From positions 19,915 through 83,914 of the forward strand of contig JAFUSH010000040.1 of assembly GCA_017471705.1 (NCBI GenBank): a DNA stretch of 64,000 nt, in the 5' to 3' direction. Shown here piece after piece: positions 56,915 to 64,000 of the stretch; position 1 is the first letter of the stretch; each line of letters opens with the position of its first letter. Below the pieces are notes generated by a model. That model was not told where the DNA came from and searched no databases. It worked only from the letters and a program-made list of their open reading frames with translations. The translations under genes were made by a program, and so were the position numbers. This DNA is from Alphaproteobacteria bacterium. GTDB taxonomy: Bacteria > Pseudomonadota > Alphaproteobacteria > RF32 > CAG-239.

Positions 56915-57859
56915 TCATTTTTTTATCATTGTTATTGCCTTCTCAGTATATTCCTTGATGGTTTGCGCACTTTTCTTTAATTTGTCGTGTTCTGTTTTTG
57001 ATAAATTGGGAGTAATAACGTGATATATACCCTGACGATTTACCACAGTAGGCAATGATAAACAGACCTCTTCCACTCCTTCAACATATTGGTGGTGAGA
57101 AGAAACGGTTAAAATAGAATAATCGTTGTTACTTATGGCGCGGCATATTTGCGTCAGCGCTCCCGCTATGCCGTAACAAGTCCAACCTTTTCCTTCTATG
57201 ATTTTATAGGCAGAACGAACTACCCCGTCATTTATTTCGGCTTTTTTAGCTTCATCTAACGGTTTGTTTATACTTTGAGCATATTCATCAAGGGTTAAAG
57301 TTCCGGCTTCGGCGTTTGACCATACCAGAACTTCGCTGTCTCCGTGTTCTCCCAACACATCGGCGTGAACCGATTTGGTAGAAACTCCCAAATAAAATGC
57401 CAATAAATTTCTGAAACGCGCCGTATCTAAAACAGTTCCGCTGCCGATAACTCTTTCCTTTGGAAAGTCTGAAAGTTTAAGCGCAATATCGGTCATAATA
57501 TCAGCAGGATTCGTTGTGATTATCAAAATTGTATTCGGTGCGTATTTTTTTATTTGCGGAATGATGTTTTCAAAAATTTTTACATTGCGTTCCAATAAAT
57601 CGATTCTGGTTTCTCCCTGCTTTTGATTGGCTCCGGCGGTTACGATGACAGCGTCACTGTCAATAAGGTCTTCATAATTTCCGGTTCGAATTTTTCCGGC
57701 ACCGGCAAAAGGGGCGGCGTGTGCTATATCCATAGCTTCCGCTTCGGCTTTTTGGGGGTTGGAATCGATGAGTATTACTTTATGCGCCACACCGGTCATC
57801 ATCAGTGAAAATGCAGTTGCGCTTCCGACGGCTCCTGCTCCTATTATTCCTACCTTCAT
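56915..57859 (-). CDS. ldh: L-lactate dehydrogenase
   Basis: GAGAVGS Rossmann motif. TAGANQKQGETRIDLL has Gln at the LDH/MDH specificity position, and the catalytic GEHGDS is present. Confidence 0.85.
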   Translation of the reverse strand: MKVGIIGAGAVGSATAFSLMMTGVAHKVILIDSNPQKAEAEAMDIAHAAPFAGAGKIRTGNYEDLIDSDAVIVTAGANQKQGETRIDLLERNVKIFENIIPQIKKYAPNTILIITTNPADIMTDIALKLSDFPKERVIGSGTVLDTARFRNLLAFYLGVSTKSVHADVLGEHGDSEVLVWSNAEAGTLTLDEYAQSINKPLDEAKKAEINDGVVRSAYKIIEGKGWTCYGIAGALTQICRAISNNDYSILTVSSHHQYVEGVEEVCLSLPTVVNRQGIYHVITPNLSKTEHDKLKKSAQTIKEYTEKAITMIKK

Positions 57860-57985
57860 TTTTATATCTCCCGATTACAAACAATATTATACTCATAATT
57901 TAGTTCTGATTTCGGCAAATGCAAGTTTAGAGATATTGACAAGTGTCCGGTAAGAGGTGTATCTGTAAGAAAATGAGGAGAAATT

Positions 57986-58465
57986 ATGATAAAAACCAAT
58001 GCGATGCGGATTTTGGAAACCGCTAAAGTAGAATATAAAGCTTATGAATACAGTCCGAACTGCGGTATTGATGCCGTTTCTGTTGCCGGATATATCGGAA
58101 AACCGGTGGAACAAACATTTAAAACTTTGGTGACACAAGCTCCTACCGAACAGCACGGGTTTAATCACTTTGTGTTTGTGATTCCGGCTGATTCCGAATT
58201 AAGCGTGAAGAAAGCGGCGCAGGTAGCTGGTGTTAAAAATATAGAAATGCTGCCGCTTAAAAAATTATTGCCGCTTACCGGATATGTTCACGGCGGTTGT
58301 TCACCGTTGGGAATGAAAAAAAATTTTCCGACTTTTATTGATGAAACGGCGATTTTATTTGATACGATTTGTTTAAGCGGCGGCAAAATAGGGTTAACGC
58401 TCGAATTAAACGCTGAAAAATTGGCTTCTGTTATTGGAGCCGAATTTGCCGATTTAACATTATAA
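57986..58465 (+). CDS. ybaK: Cys-tRNA(Pro)/Cys-tRNA(Cys) deacylase YbaK
   Basis: 159 aa with TNAMRILE start, FKTLV and GYVHGGCSPLG. Confidence 0.85.
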   Translation: MIKTNAMRILETAKVEYKAYEYSPNCGIDAVSVAGYIGKPVEQTFKTLVTQAPTEQHGFNHFVFVIPADSELSVKKAAQVAGVKNIEMLPLKKLLPLTGYVHGGCSPLGMKKNFPTFIDETAILFDTICLSGGKIGLTLELNAEKLASVIGAEFADLTL

Positions 58466-58495
58466 ATAAAAAATGAAAAAAACTATACAAAATAC

Positions 58496-58523
58496 TTGAC
58501 AAATATTTAAAAAAATATATTCT
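58496..58523 (+). promoter_or_regulatory. Sigma70-like promoter of GC-rich cassette 2 (TTGACA-16-TATTCT)
   Basis: TTGACA at 58496-58501 and TATTCT at 58518-58523. The -35 context ACTTGACAAAtATTT is shared with the cassette 1 promoter. Confidence 0.4.
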
Positions 58524-58573
58524 GACTCTTGCGATTTTTTAATAATTAGTACTAATAATTAAACATTAAGCTT

Positions 58574-59092
58574 ATGAAAAAGGAAGAAGCGCTTAGCAAG
58601 ATTCTTGCAATTATGGATGAGCAAGGTGAGTTATCTGTAGCCGACATTTCTGCCGCCCTGCGTGCCAGACAGCACCCCAAGCCCGAGGAGAGTTTTGACC
58701 TGCTGGTCGAAGTTTTCGGCGAGAAGAAGAGGGTACCTTTCGAGAGTGGCAAGGGTATGAGTCCTATCGGCATTTTCCCGCGCAACGGTCTGAAGTTCTA
58801 CATCGATCTGGACGAGACGGCTATGGTTGAGTTTCCCAACGAGGAAGCCAAGGCCGAGTTCCCCGACGAGGAGATGTGTACTCTTATGCAAGATGTGCGC
58901 AACGAACTCAACGACAAGCTCCGCGAACTGGGCAAACCGATTCTCTCCGGCGATTACTGGCTCAACGGCCACGAGCTTTCCGGACATATCGGATACCATA
59001 TGGCCAAGTTCCGCGACGGCAAGCTCAAGGTGGACTACTACGACAGCTCGCGCCGCGCCAAGATCCGCAAGTTTGGCAGGTTCAACGGTTGA
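58574..59092 (+). CDS. Hypothetical 172-aa protein, compositionally foreign (GC-rich cassette 2)
   Basis: Complete ORF with its own promoter and terminator. Hand-counted GC is 53-55% per line. There is no SD and I recognise no family. The N-terminus (LSKILAIMDEQGELSVADISAALRA) looks like a winged helix. Confidence 0.7.
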   Translation: MKKEEALSKILAIMDEQGELSVADISAALRARQHPKPEESFDLLVEVFGEKKRVPFESGKGMSPIGIFPRNGLKFYIDLDETAMVEFPNEEAKAEFPDEEMCTLMQDVRNELNDKLRELGKPILSGDYWLNGHELSGHIGYHMAKFRDGKLKVDYYDSSRRAKIRKFGRFNG

Positions 59093-59098
59093 ACCGCA

Positions 59099-59133
59099 CC
59101 CCGAGAATAATCATTCTCGGGGGTTACTTTTTT
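59099..59133 (+). terminator. Intrinsic terminator of GC-rich cassette 2
   Basis: CCCCGAGAAT-aatc-ATTCTCGGGG, a perfect 10-bp stem, followed by GTTACTTTTTT. Confidence 0.7.
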
Positions 59134-59156
59134 AACGTATGTTTCCAAAAAAATAC

Positions 59157-59184
59157 TTGCAATTTATGATTTTTATGCTATACA
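59157..59184 (+). promoter_or_regulatory. Candidate rplK promoter (TTGCAA-16-TATACA with TG extension)
   Basis: TTGCAA at 59157-59162 and TGcTATACA at 59176-59184. Confidence 0.4.
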
Positions 59185-59226
59185 AAGCAAGCGTTTGAGT
59201 GATTCAAACGTTGTTTGTGTTAATAA

Positions 59227-59259
59227 TTTGTGGGAGGCGAGCCATCGTCTGACCACAAA
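59227..59259 (+). promoter_or_regulatory. Candidate ribosomal protein L1 autoregulatory leader (mimic of the 23S L1-stalk site)
   Basis: TTTGTGG/CCACAAA helix, internal loop G / GA, AGGCGA/TCGTCT helix and GCCA loop. The GUGGGAGGC ... GACC strand resembles the 23S rRNA L1-binding segment. Confidence 0.45.
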
Positions 59260-59280
59260 CCTAGTTAAAAGAGGTATAAA

Positions 59281-59718
59281 ATGGCTAAATCTAAAAAGAA
59301 AATTTTAGGTCTTATCAAGCTGCAAATACCTGCCGGAAAGGCGAATCCGTCTCCGCCGGTCGGTCCTGCTTTGGGGCAAAAAGGCTTAAATATTATGGAA
59401 TTTTGTAAGGCTTTCAATGCTCAAACTCAAAAGATGGAACCGGGAATTCCGGTGCCGGTAATTATTACCGCCTATGATGATAAGAGCTTTACGTTTATTA
59501 CAAAACTTCCGCCAGTTTCTTACTTAATTAAAAAAGCTGCCGGCGTTCAATCCGCTTCTAAAGAACCGGGTAAAAAGTCGGTCGGTCAAATAACAATGGC
59601 TCAGGTAAAAGAAATTGCCGAAACCAAAATGCCGGATTTGAACTGCTTTACGGTTGAATCCGCTATGAATATGGTTAAAGGTCAGGCTGTTTCTATGGGC
59701 ATCAAAGTAACGGAGTAA
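59281..59718 (+). CDS. rplK: 50S ribosomal protein L11
   Basis: [35 protein letters not shown]. Confidence 0.95.
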   Translation: MAKSKKKILGLIKLQIPAGKANPSPPVGPALGQKGLNIMEFCKAFNAQTQKMEPGIPVPVIITAYDDKSFTFITKLPPVSYLIKKAAGVQSASKEPGKKSVGQITMAQVKEIAETKMPDLNCFTVESAMNMVKGQAVSMGIKVTE

Positions 59719-59722
59719 GTCG

Positions 59723-60406
59723 ATGAGCGGAAAGAGATTAGTAAACGCATATAAAAATCTTGATAAAAACCAAGCATACAGTTTGAAAGACGCTATCAAG
59801 ATTGTTAAAGAAAATGCTACTGCAAAATTTGATGAGACCATCGATTTAGCAATTAATTTAGGTGTTGATCCGAAACACGCCGATCAAATGATACGCGGTG
59901 TTTGCCAGTTGCCGCACGGCAACGGTAAAACGGTGCGTGTTGCCGTGTTTGCGAAAGATGCTAAAGCAGATGAGGCCAAAGCTGCCGGTGCTGATGTTGT
60001 AGGTGCCGAAAATTTGGTTGATTCTATTTTGGCCGGAAAAATTGATTTTGACAGATGTATTGCTACTCCGGATATGATGGGTATGGCCGGTCGCGTGGCT
60101 CGTGTATTGGGACCGAAAGGTTTAATGCCGAATCCGAAACTCGGTACCGTTACTATGGATGTTGCTACAGCTGTTAAAAACGCTAAGGCCGGTGAAGTTC
60201 AATATCGTGTTGAAAAGAACGGTATTGTTCACGCCGGTGTGGCAAAGGCTTCTTTTTCTGATGATCAAATCTATGATAATGCTAAATTGTTCATTGAAAC
60301 GATTATCAAAGCAAAACCTGCTACATTGAAAGGAACTTATTTGAAGAAAATCTCCATCAGTTCTACAATGGGTGTAGGTGTTAAAGTTGATTCTTCAAAT
60401 ATTTAA
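59723..60406 (+). CDS. rplA: 50S ribosomal protein L1
   Basis: [24 protein letters not shown] and [15 protein letters not shown]. Confidence 0.95.
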   Translation: MSGKRLVNAYKNLDKNQAYSLKDAIKIVKENATAKFDETIDLAINLGVDPKHADQMIRGVCQLPHGNGKTVRVAVFAKDAKADEAKAAGADVVGAENLVDSILAGKIDFDRCIATPDMMGMAGRVARVLGPKGLMPNPKLGTVTMDVATAVKNAKAGEVQYRVEKNGIVHAGVAKASFSDDQIYDNAKLFIETIIKAKPATLKGTYLKKISISSTMGVGVKVDSSNI

Positions 60407-60428
60407 GAAGAGCAATAATTAATAGATA

Positions 60429-60466
60429 AAGAAACCGTCCTGTTGGTGCAGGGCGGTTTCTTTATT
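60429..60466 (+). terminator. Intrinsic terminator after rplA
   Basis: AAGAAACCGtCCTG / CAGGgCGGTTTCTT stem of ~14 bp, followed by TTATT. Confidence 0.65.
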
Positions 60467-60475
60467 AAAAAGTTA

Positions 60476-60645
60476 GGCTCAATTATGATTTGTGTATGAT
60501 ATGAAAATCTCATACCTCGAGCAAAGCGAGGTCAGAGTATCTGCCGATTAATTAAAATAATTTGAAGACTCACCCATATTTTTTGCTTATCGCAAAAAAT
60601 ATGGGTGACAATACTCTTTTGTAATACAAAAATCATAATTGAGCC
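60476..60645. repeat. 170-bp MITE-like / highly structured element with terminal inverted repeats
   Basis: GGCTCAATTATGATTTgTGTAT (60476-60497) is the reverse complement of ATACAaAAATCATAATTGAGCC (60624-60645), matching 21 of 22. Inside is a perfect 16-bp hairpin, CACCCATATTTTTTGC/GCAAAAAATATGGGTG (60571-60607), plus two shorter hairpins. Confidence 0.5.
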
Positions 60646-60767
60646 AAAAGTTATCAACATATTTCTTATAAAATAAAATATTTTTATTGCAAAATAGATA
60701 ATTTTATTATAAATATGTAAGTGAAATACGACATACCGTATTTTCTAAAACCTTATCCTAATACACT

Positions 60768-60802
60768 GCTTTCCTCGGTCAAGGTCGGGGAAAGCTTTTT
60801 TT
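60768..60802 (+). terminator. Orphan intrinsic terminator in the rplA-downstream intergenic region
   Basis: GCTTTCCtCG / CGgGGAAAGC 10-bp stem followed by T7. No CDS lies upstream. Confidence 0.5.
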
Positions 60803-60847
60803 ATTCGAATATTTTTTTTCCTTGAAAACTAAAATAAAAACACAAAT

Positions 60848-60867
60848 AGCGGGAGAGTTCCCCCGCT
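60848..60867 (-). terminator. Terminator of the minus-strand operon
   Basis: AGCGGG-agagttcc-CCCGCT, with a T-rich tail on the minus strand. Confidence 0.45.
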
Positions 60868-60888
60868 ATAATTATCTAAATTGTATAC

Positions 60889-61554
60889 TTATTGATTTTT
60901 CTTAAACCAACGAATAGCATCGGCACATTTGTCTTCGCTCATTCCTTTTACGCGGCAACGATTAACTTCAATAGTCGGAGTTTTATCCATACTGAAACAA
61001 CCTTCGCCCAAAAGCATAATATCCATATAAGTTCTCACTCCGGGATTAACTCTGTTCATTTGAACATTGGTGCTTATTTCCGGCCATTTTAATTTGAGAG
61101 CTAAATTACTGATGTGTTCGGTTAAATCATTAAGGACGTATATGCGCATTGAACAACGAACTATGTTATCCATACCGCGTTCTACTTTATAGTCATCGTA
61201 GTAAACGAGAATTTTACGCTCATTGTCGTAAACTACTTTTCCGTTTTCAATGCGGATTTGATATACTTTACCGTAAGTATTATCGTATTTTTTCTCTTCT
61301 TTTTTTTCTTCACCGAAATTTTTTTCAACCGATTTAACGAATTCACCTTTTTCTGCCACACTTTCTTCTTCGGAAGAAGCGGGTGAGGCATAATTTGCTC
61401 CGTATTCGGCGGATGACTGCGGCTGTTCAACTGCGGGCTCGGGAGTTTTTGCTTTTACAGGAGAATTTGCACCGGGGGCGAAAGTCTGTGCTTGAGCTTC
61501 AATACTCGTCAATAAAACACCCAAAAACAATATTTTTATAAAATTTTTAATCAT
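60889..61554 (-). CDS. Secreted hypothetical protein
   Basis: Signal peptide MIKNFIKILFLGVLLTSIEAQA, a low-complexity P/E/S linker and a Cys-containing C-terminal domain. Confidence 0.65.
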   Translation of the reverse strand: MIKNFIKILFLGVLLTSIEAQAQTFAPGANSPVKAKTPEPAVEQPQSSAEYGANYASPASSEEESVAEKGEFVKSVEKNFGEEKKEEKKYDNTYGKVYQIRIENGKVVYDNERKILVYYDDYKVERGMDNIVRCSMRIYVLNDLTEHISNLALKLKWPEISTNVQMNRVNPGVRTYMDIMLLGEGCFSMDKTPTIEVNRCRVKGMSEDKCADAIRWFKKNQ

Positions 61555-61557
61555 TGC

Positions 61558-62250
61558 TTACCTTATTTTATGCAGATTCTTGGTTATCTTATCCATATTT
61601 TCGATAGTCGATTTATATAAATCGTCAATAGCGTTGGTATTTGCTTTATCCTGTTCCTGAACCATTTCTTGCAGACTGCTTTCCGGAATATCTTTAAATT
61701 CCGAATAATATTCAGGATTTTGTGAATTAATATAATCAAACTTTCCGGTGCAAGAGCCGTTTCCGGTGCGTTTGTTGTTTTTCATTTTAATCTCATCGCC
61801 ATCGGCGTAACAGGTCGTAATTTTGTAATCAACTCTATCAAACAGCAAGAAGCACTTGTCGGTATCGACAACTTCTTTGAAGCTCTTTTGTTGATGAGGT
61901 GTTATATTTTTCAATGCAACAGTTTTGCTTACGACAAATTTAGCTTTTTTTGCATCTTCTTCTATTTGCAGCTTGTTATCCGCAAATTTGTATTTTGAGG
62001 ATATGTTATCGGTCCAAGACAATGAAAGTTCTGCTTCTTTAACTTCTTTATCCATACGGTTATATACCGTTACATAGAACTCGCATTGAGATGTAACCCC
62101 TTCTTCATTAACCAGAGGCTTGATGTTTTCAATACGGAAGATTATACCGTCGCCTCTGGAAGTTGCTTCATCGGCCTTAACTGCAGTTGTTGAAGCAAGG
62201 ACAATACCGAAAGCCAATCCCGAGGCTATAAACTTACTGATTAAATTCAT
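61558..62250 (-). CDS. Secreted hypothetical protein (weak paralog of the downstream gene)
   Basis: Start taken at MNLISKFIASGLAFGIVLASTTAVKA (ATG 62250, GGAG SD). It shares the RIEN...C.(F/R).(Y/I)V..(Y/L)N...L.L.W pattern with 60889-61554. Confidence 0.6.
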   Translation of the reverse strand: MNLISKFIASGLAFGIVLASTTAVKADEATSRGDGIIFRIENIKPLVNEEGVTSQCEFYVTVYNRMDKEVKEAELSLSWTDNISSKYKFADNKLQIEEDAKKAKFVVSKTVALKNITPHQQKSFKEVVDTDKCFLLFDRVDYKITTCYADGDEIKMKNNKRTGNGSCTGKFDYINSQNPEYYSEFKDIPESSLQEMVQEQDKANTNAIDDLYKSTIENMDKITKNLHKIR

Positions 62251-62325
62251 TTTTTTACTCCATAAAGTATTAAATCTGGGTTCAGCATAAATCATTATTA
62301 TTTAATTTTTCTTAAATTTTTTAAA

Positions 62326-63105
62326 TTATTCATCTTCCAGATAACGTTTTAATCTCAATAAATCATTCCACGATTTGGCTTTTTGTGCGCTGCTTCGCAA
62401 CAGATACGCAGGGTGAAAACTGGCAAAAGCTGCCGTTTTCTTACCGTTATTCAATTGCAATTCCATTAATTTCCCTCGCATAGATGAGATGCTTTCATTG
62501 TTTCCTAATATCGCATTTGCGGCACTTGCACCCAATAAGAATATGACCTTAGGTTCAACCAATTCTATCTGACGCAATAAAAAAGGTAGACAAACGGCAA
62601 TCTCACCATCGGTAGGAGTGCGGTTTCCCGGCGGGCGCCACGGCAAGATGTTGGATATGTAACAATCTCTGCGATTAAGACCTATTGATGCCAGCATTTT
62701 TTCCAACAATTGTCCGCTGCGTCCCACAAAAGGTTTTCCCATTCTGTCTTCATCAGCTCCCGGAGCTTCTCCTATCAACATTACCCGTGCGTGAGCATTT
62801 CCGTCACCGAATACGGTGGAATTTGCCGAAAATTTCAGAGAACAACCTTCAAATTTTTCTAAAATATTTTTAAGTTCGTCAAGTGTGGAGGCTTGCGCGC
62901 ATTTTTCTTTGGCGTTCAGACAAGCAGAATTACTTTCCTGAGCCAAAAGAGTGGTGGCCGGTCTTACGGGAGAAGAATTTACCGATACTTCCGGTTTATT
63001 TTCTGCCGGAATAGTTTGTTGCAATGCATTATACGGTTCATCTGCCGCAATCGTATCAATTCCGGACAATTTGTACCAATTAAGTATTTCAATTATGTTT
63101 TTCAT
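62326..63105 (-). CDS. Uracil-DNA glycosylase, family 4
   Basis: GEAPGADEDRMGKPFVGRSGQLL and the HPAYLLR motif. Start at MKNIIEIL (63105) behind a GGTGGAAG SD. Confidence 0.85.
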   Translation of the reverse strand: MKNIIEILNWYKLSGIDTIAADEPYNALQQTIPAENKPEVSVNSSPVRPATTLLAQESNSACLNAKEKCAQASTLDELKNILEKFEGCSLKFSANSTVFGDGNAHARVMLIGEAPGADEDRMGKPFVGRSGQLLEKMLASIGLNRRDCYISNILPWRPPGNRTPTDGEIAVCLPFLLRQIELVEPKVIFLLGASAANAILGNNESISSMRGKLMELQLNNGKKTAAFASFHPAYLLRSSAQKAKSWNDLLRLKRYLEDE

Positions 63106-63233
63106 TTTCTTCCACCGATATAAAATATATCCGCAAATACTTTTTTTTGCAATAGAAAGAGAGTATTTACACATTAATAATATTTTTTATGTATAATCAG
63201 ACGGAATAATATTCGAAAACAGGAAAAAAGGTT

Positions 63234-64000
63234 ATGAAAAATTTTATGATAAGGTTATTGTTCGCTCTGGGATTTGTGTCAGTTGCCGTATTGGCTTGCT
63301 CACGGAATATATTTAATTTTAAAACAACTGATGATGAAAAAACGGTTATTACTCCGCATTTTGATGAAAACGGTTACTGGCGCACAAGCAATTTTATAGT
63401 GAAAAAAAATCAAGATAACACGTTTTCCTATTATGGCACCAATTCTTTATACGGTGCTTATTTGGCTGCTCGAGTGGCGCATTTGCGTCAGGATTTTGAT
63501 AATGCGTCGGAATATTACAAGATAGTGATTGATAAAGATGCTTCCAATAATAATATCAATCGTACGGTATATGTTATTTTAAGTTCTTTGGGGCAAATCG
63601 GCGAGGCTACGCCTTATGCTCGCAAAGAGATAGAACAGGGTAATACGGAAAGCATAGCCCCTTTGATTGTGGCTATTAAGGATTTTGCAGACGGAAAGTA
63701 TGAACGGTCACGACAAAATATACTTCTTATAAAAGATAAAGCGCATACCACGCTTATTAATCCGTTGTTTGAAGCTTGGACTTATGCCGGAGAAAAAAAT
63801 GAAGAACAGGCGATTGCCGGTATTGATAAAATAGAAAAAGATGAGGCTCTTGAAACTATGAAGTTGTTTCATAAGGGAATGATTTATGATTATTTGGGTA
63901 ATAAAGAAAAAGCTCAGGAAATGTTCGGGGAAATAGTTAAGAATCACTATCAAAGCGTGACTTACAGGTTGCTCGAAATTATTACCGATTTTTATGTTCG
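63234..64000 (+). CDS. TPR-repeat lipoprotein (3' end beyond window; absent from the ORF track)
   Basis: My own translation from ATG 63234 reads MKNFMIRLLFALGFVSVAVLACS (lipobox) ...YGAYLAARVAHLRQDFDNASEYYKIV... The frame is open to the window end. Confidence 0.6.
   Translation, partial: MKNFMIRLLFALGFVSVAVLACSRNIFNFKTTDDEKTVITPHFDENGYWRTSNFIVKKNQDNTFSYYGTNSLYGAYLAARVAHLRQDFDNASEYYKIVIDKDASNNNINRTVYVILSSLGQIGEATPYARKEIEQGNTESIAPLIVAIKDFADGKYERSRQNILLIKDKAHTTLINPLFEAWTYAGEKNEEQAIAGIDKIEKDEALETMKLFHKGMIYDYLGNKEKAQEMFGEIVKNHYQSVTYRLLEIITDFYV

Noticed and set aside
58631-59169. Three additional long ORFs (122 aa minus strand; 102 aa and 97 aa plus strand) overlapping the 172-aa GC-rich ORF
   Set aside because: Stop-poor alternative frames are expected in a GC-rich segment. 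Their translations are Arg/Pro/Ala/Ser-rich and look like nonsense. Only the 58574-59092 frame is bracketed by the promoter and the terminator.

Overview
A 64-kb, low-GC chromosomal segment. Hand counts on typical 60-nt lines give about 38% GC. It comes from a Gram-negative bacterium (bamA, lpxD, an AsmA-family protein, an RND pump and Tat are present), and the core gene order looks alphaproteobacterial. Nearly all genes have clear AGGAG-type Shine-Dalgarno (SD) sites.

Left part (0-35 kb), mostly housekeeping:
- plsY, divergent from pyrH-frr-uppS-cdsA-rseP-bamA-lpxD-fabZ.
- dnaK with a sigma32-type promoter.
- A cdd-punA-deoA nucleoside-salvage operon.
- A 1400-aa AsmA-family protein, galU, trxB and a ferredoxin.
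- A TetR-regulated two-component RND pump fused to rsmB.
- Several secreted or membrane proteins of unknown function.

Right part (35.9-56.8 kb), which looks accessory and ends at a tRNA-fMet gene:
- A five-gene operon with two radical-SAM enzymes, an HD hydrolase, an APH-like kinase and a GT9-like protein.
- An 11.7-kb, 14-gene same-strand operon: TetR, a truncated aldo/keto reductase (AKR), a flavoprotein, a CMD-cupin fusion, DUF362, a polyferredoxin, tatA-tatC, a Tat-signal AKR, larB-larC-larE, a Tat-signal MBL hydrolase and a His-rich Ni/Co-transporter-like protein. There is no larA.
- AlkD-like, SnoaL-like and two alpha/beta-hydrolase genes.

After the tRNA come ldh, ybaK, an isolated rplK-rplA pair, two secreted paralog-like proteins, a family-4 UDG and a partial TPR lipoprotein.

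The most unusual signals are two self-contained cassettes at 9.4-9.9 kb and 58.5-59.1 kb. Each has a promoter, an SD-less ORF of about 50-60% GC and a terminator. They sit immediately upstream of the dnaK and rplK promoters, at places where conserved operons are broken.

I saw no rRNA, CRISPR array, transposase or integrase. All hairpin and promoter coordinates were hand-counted and may be off by 1-2 nt. No database search was possible.
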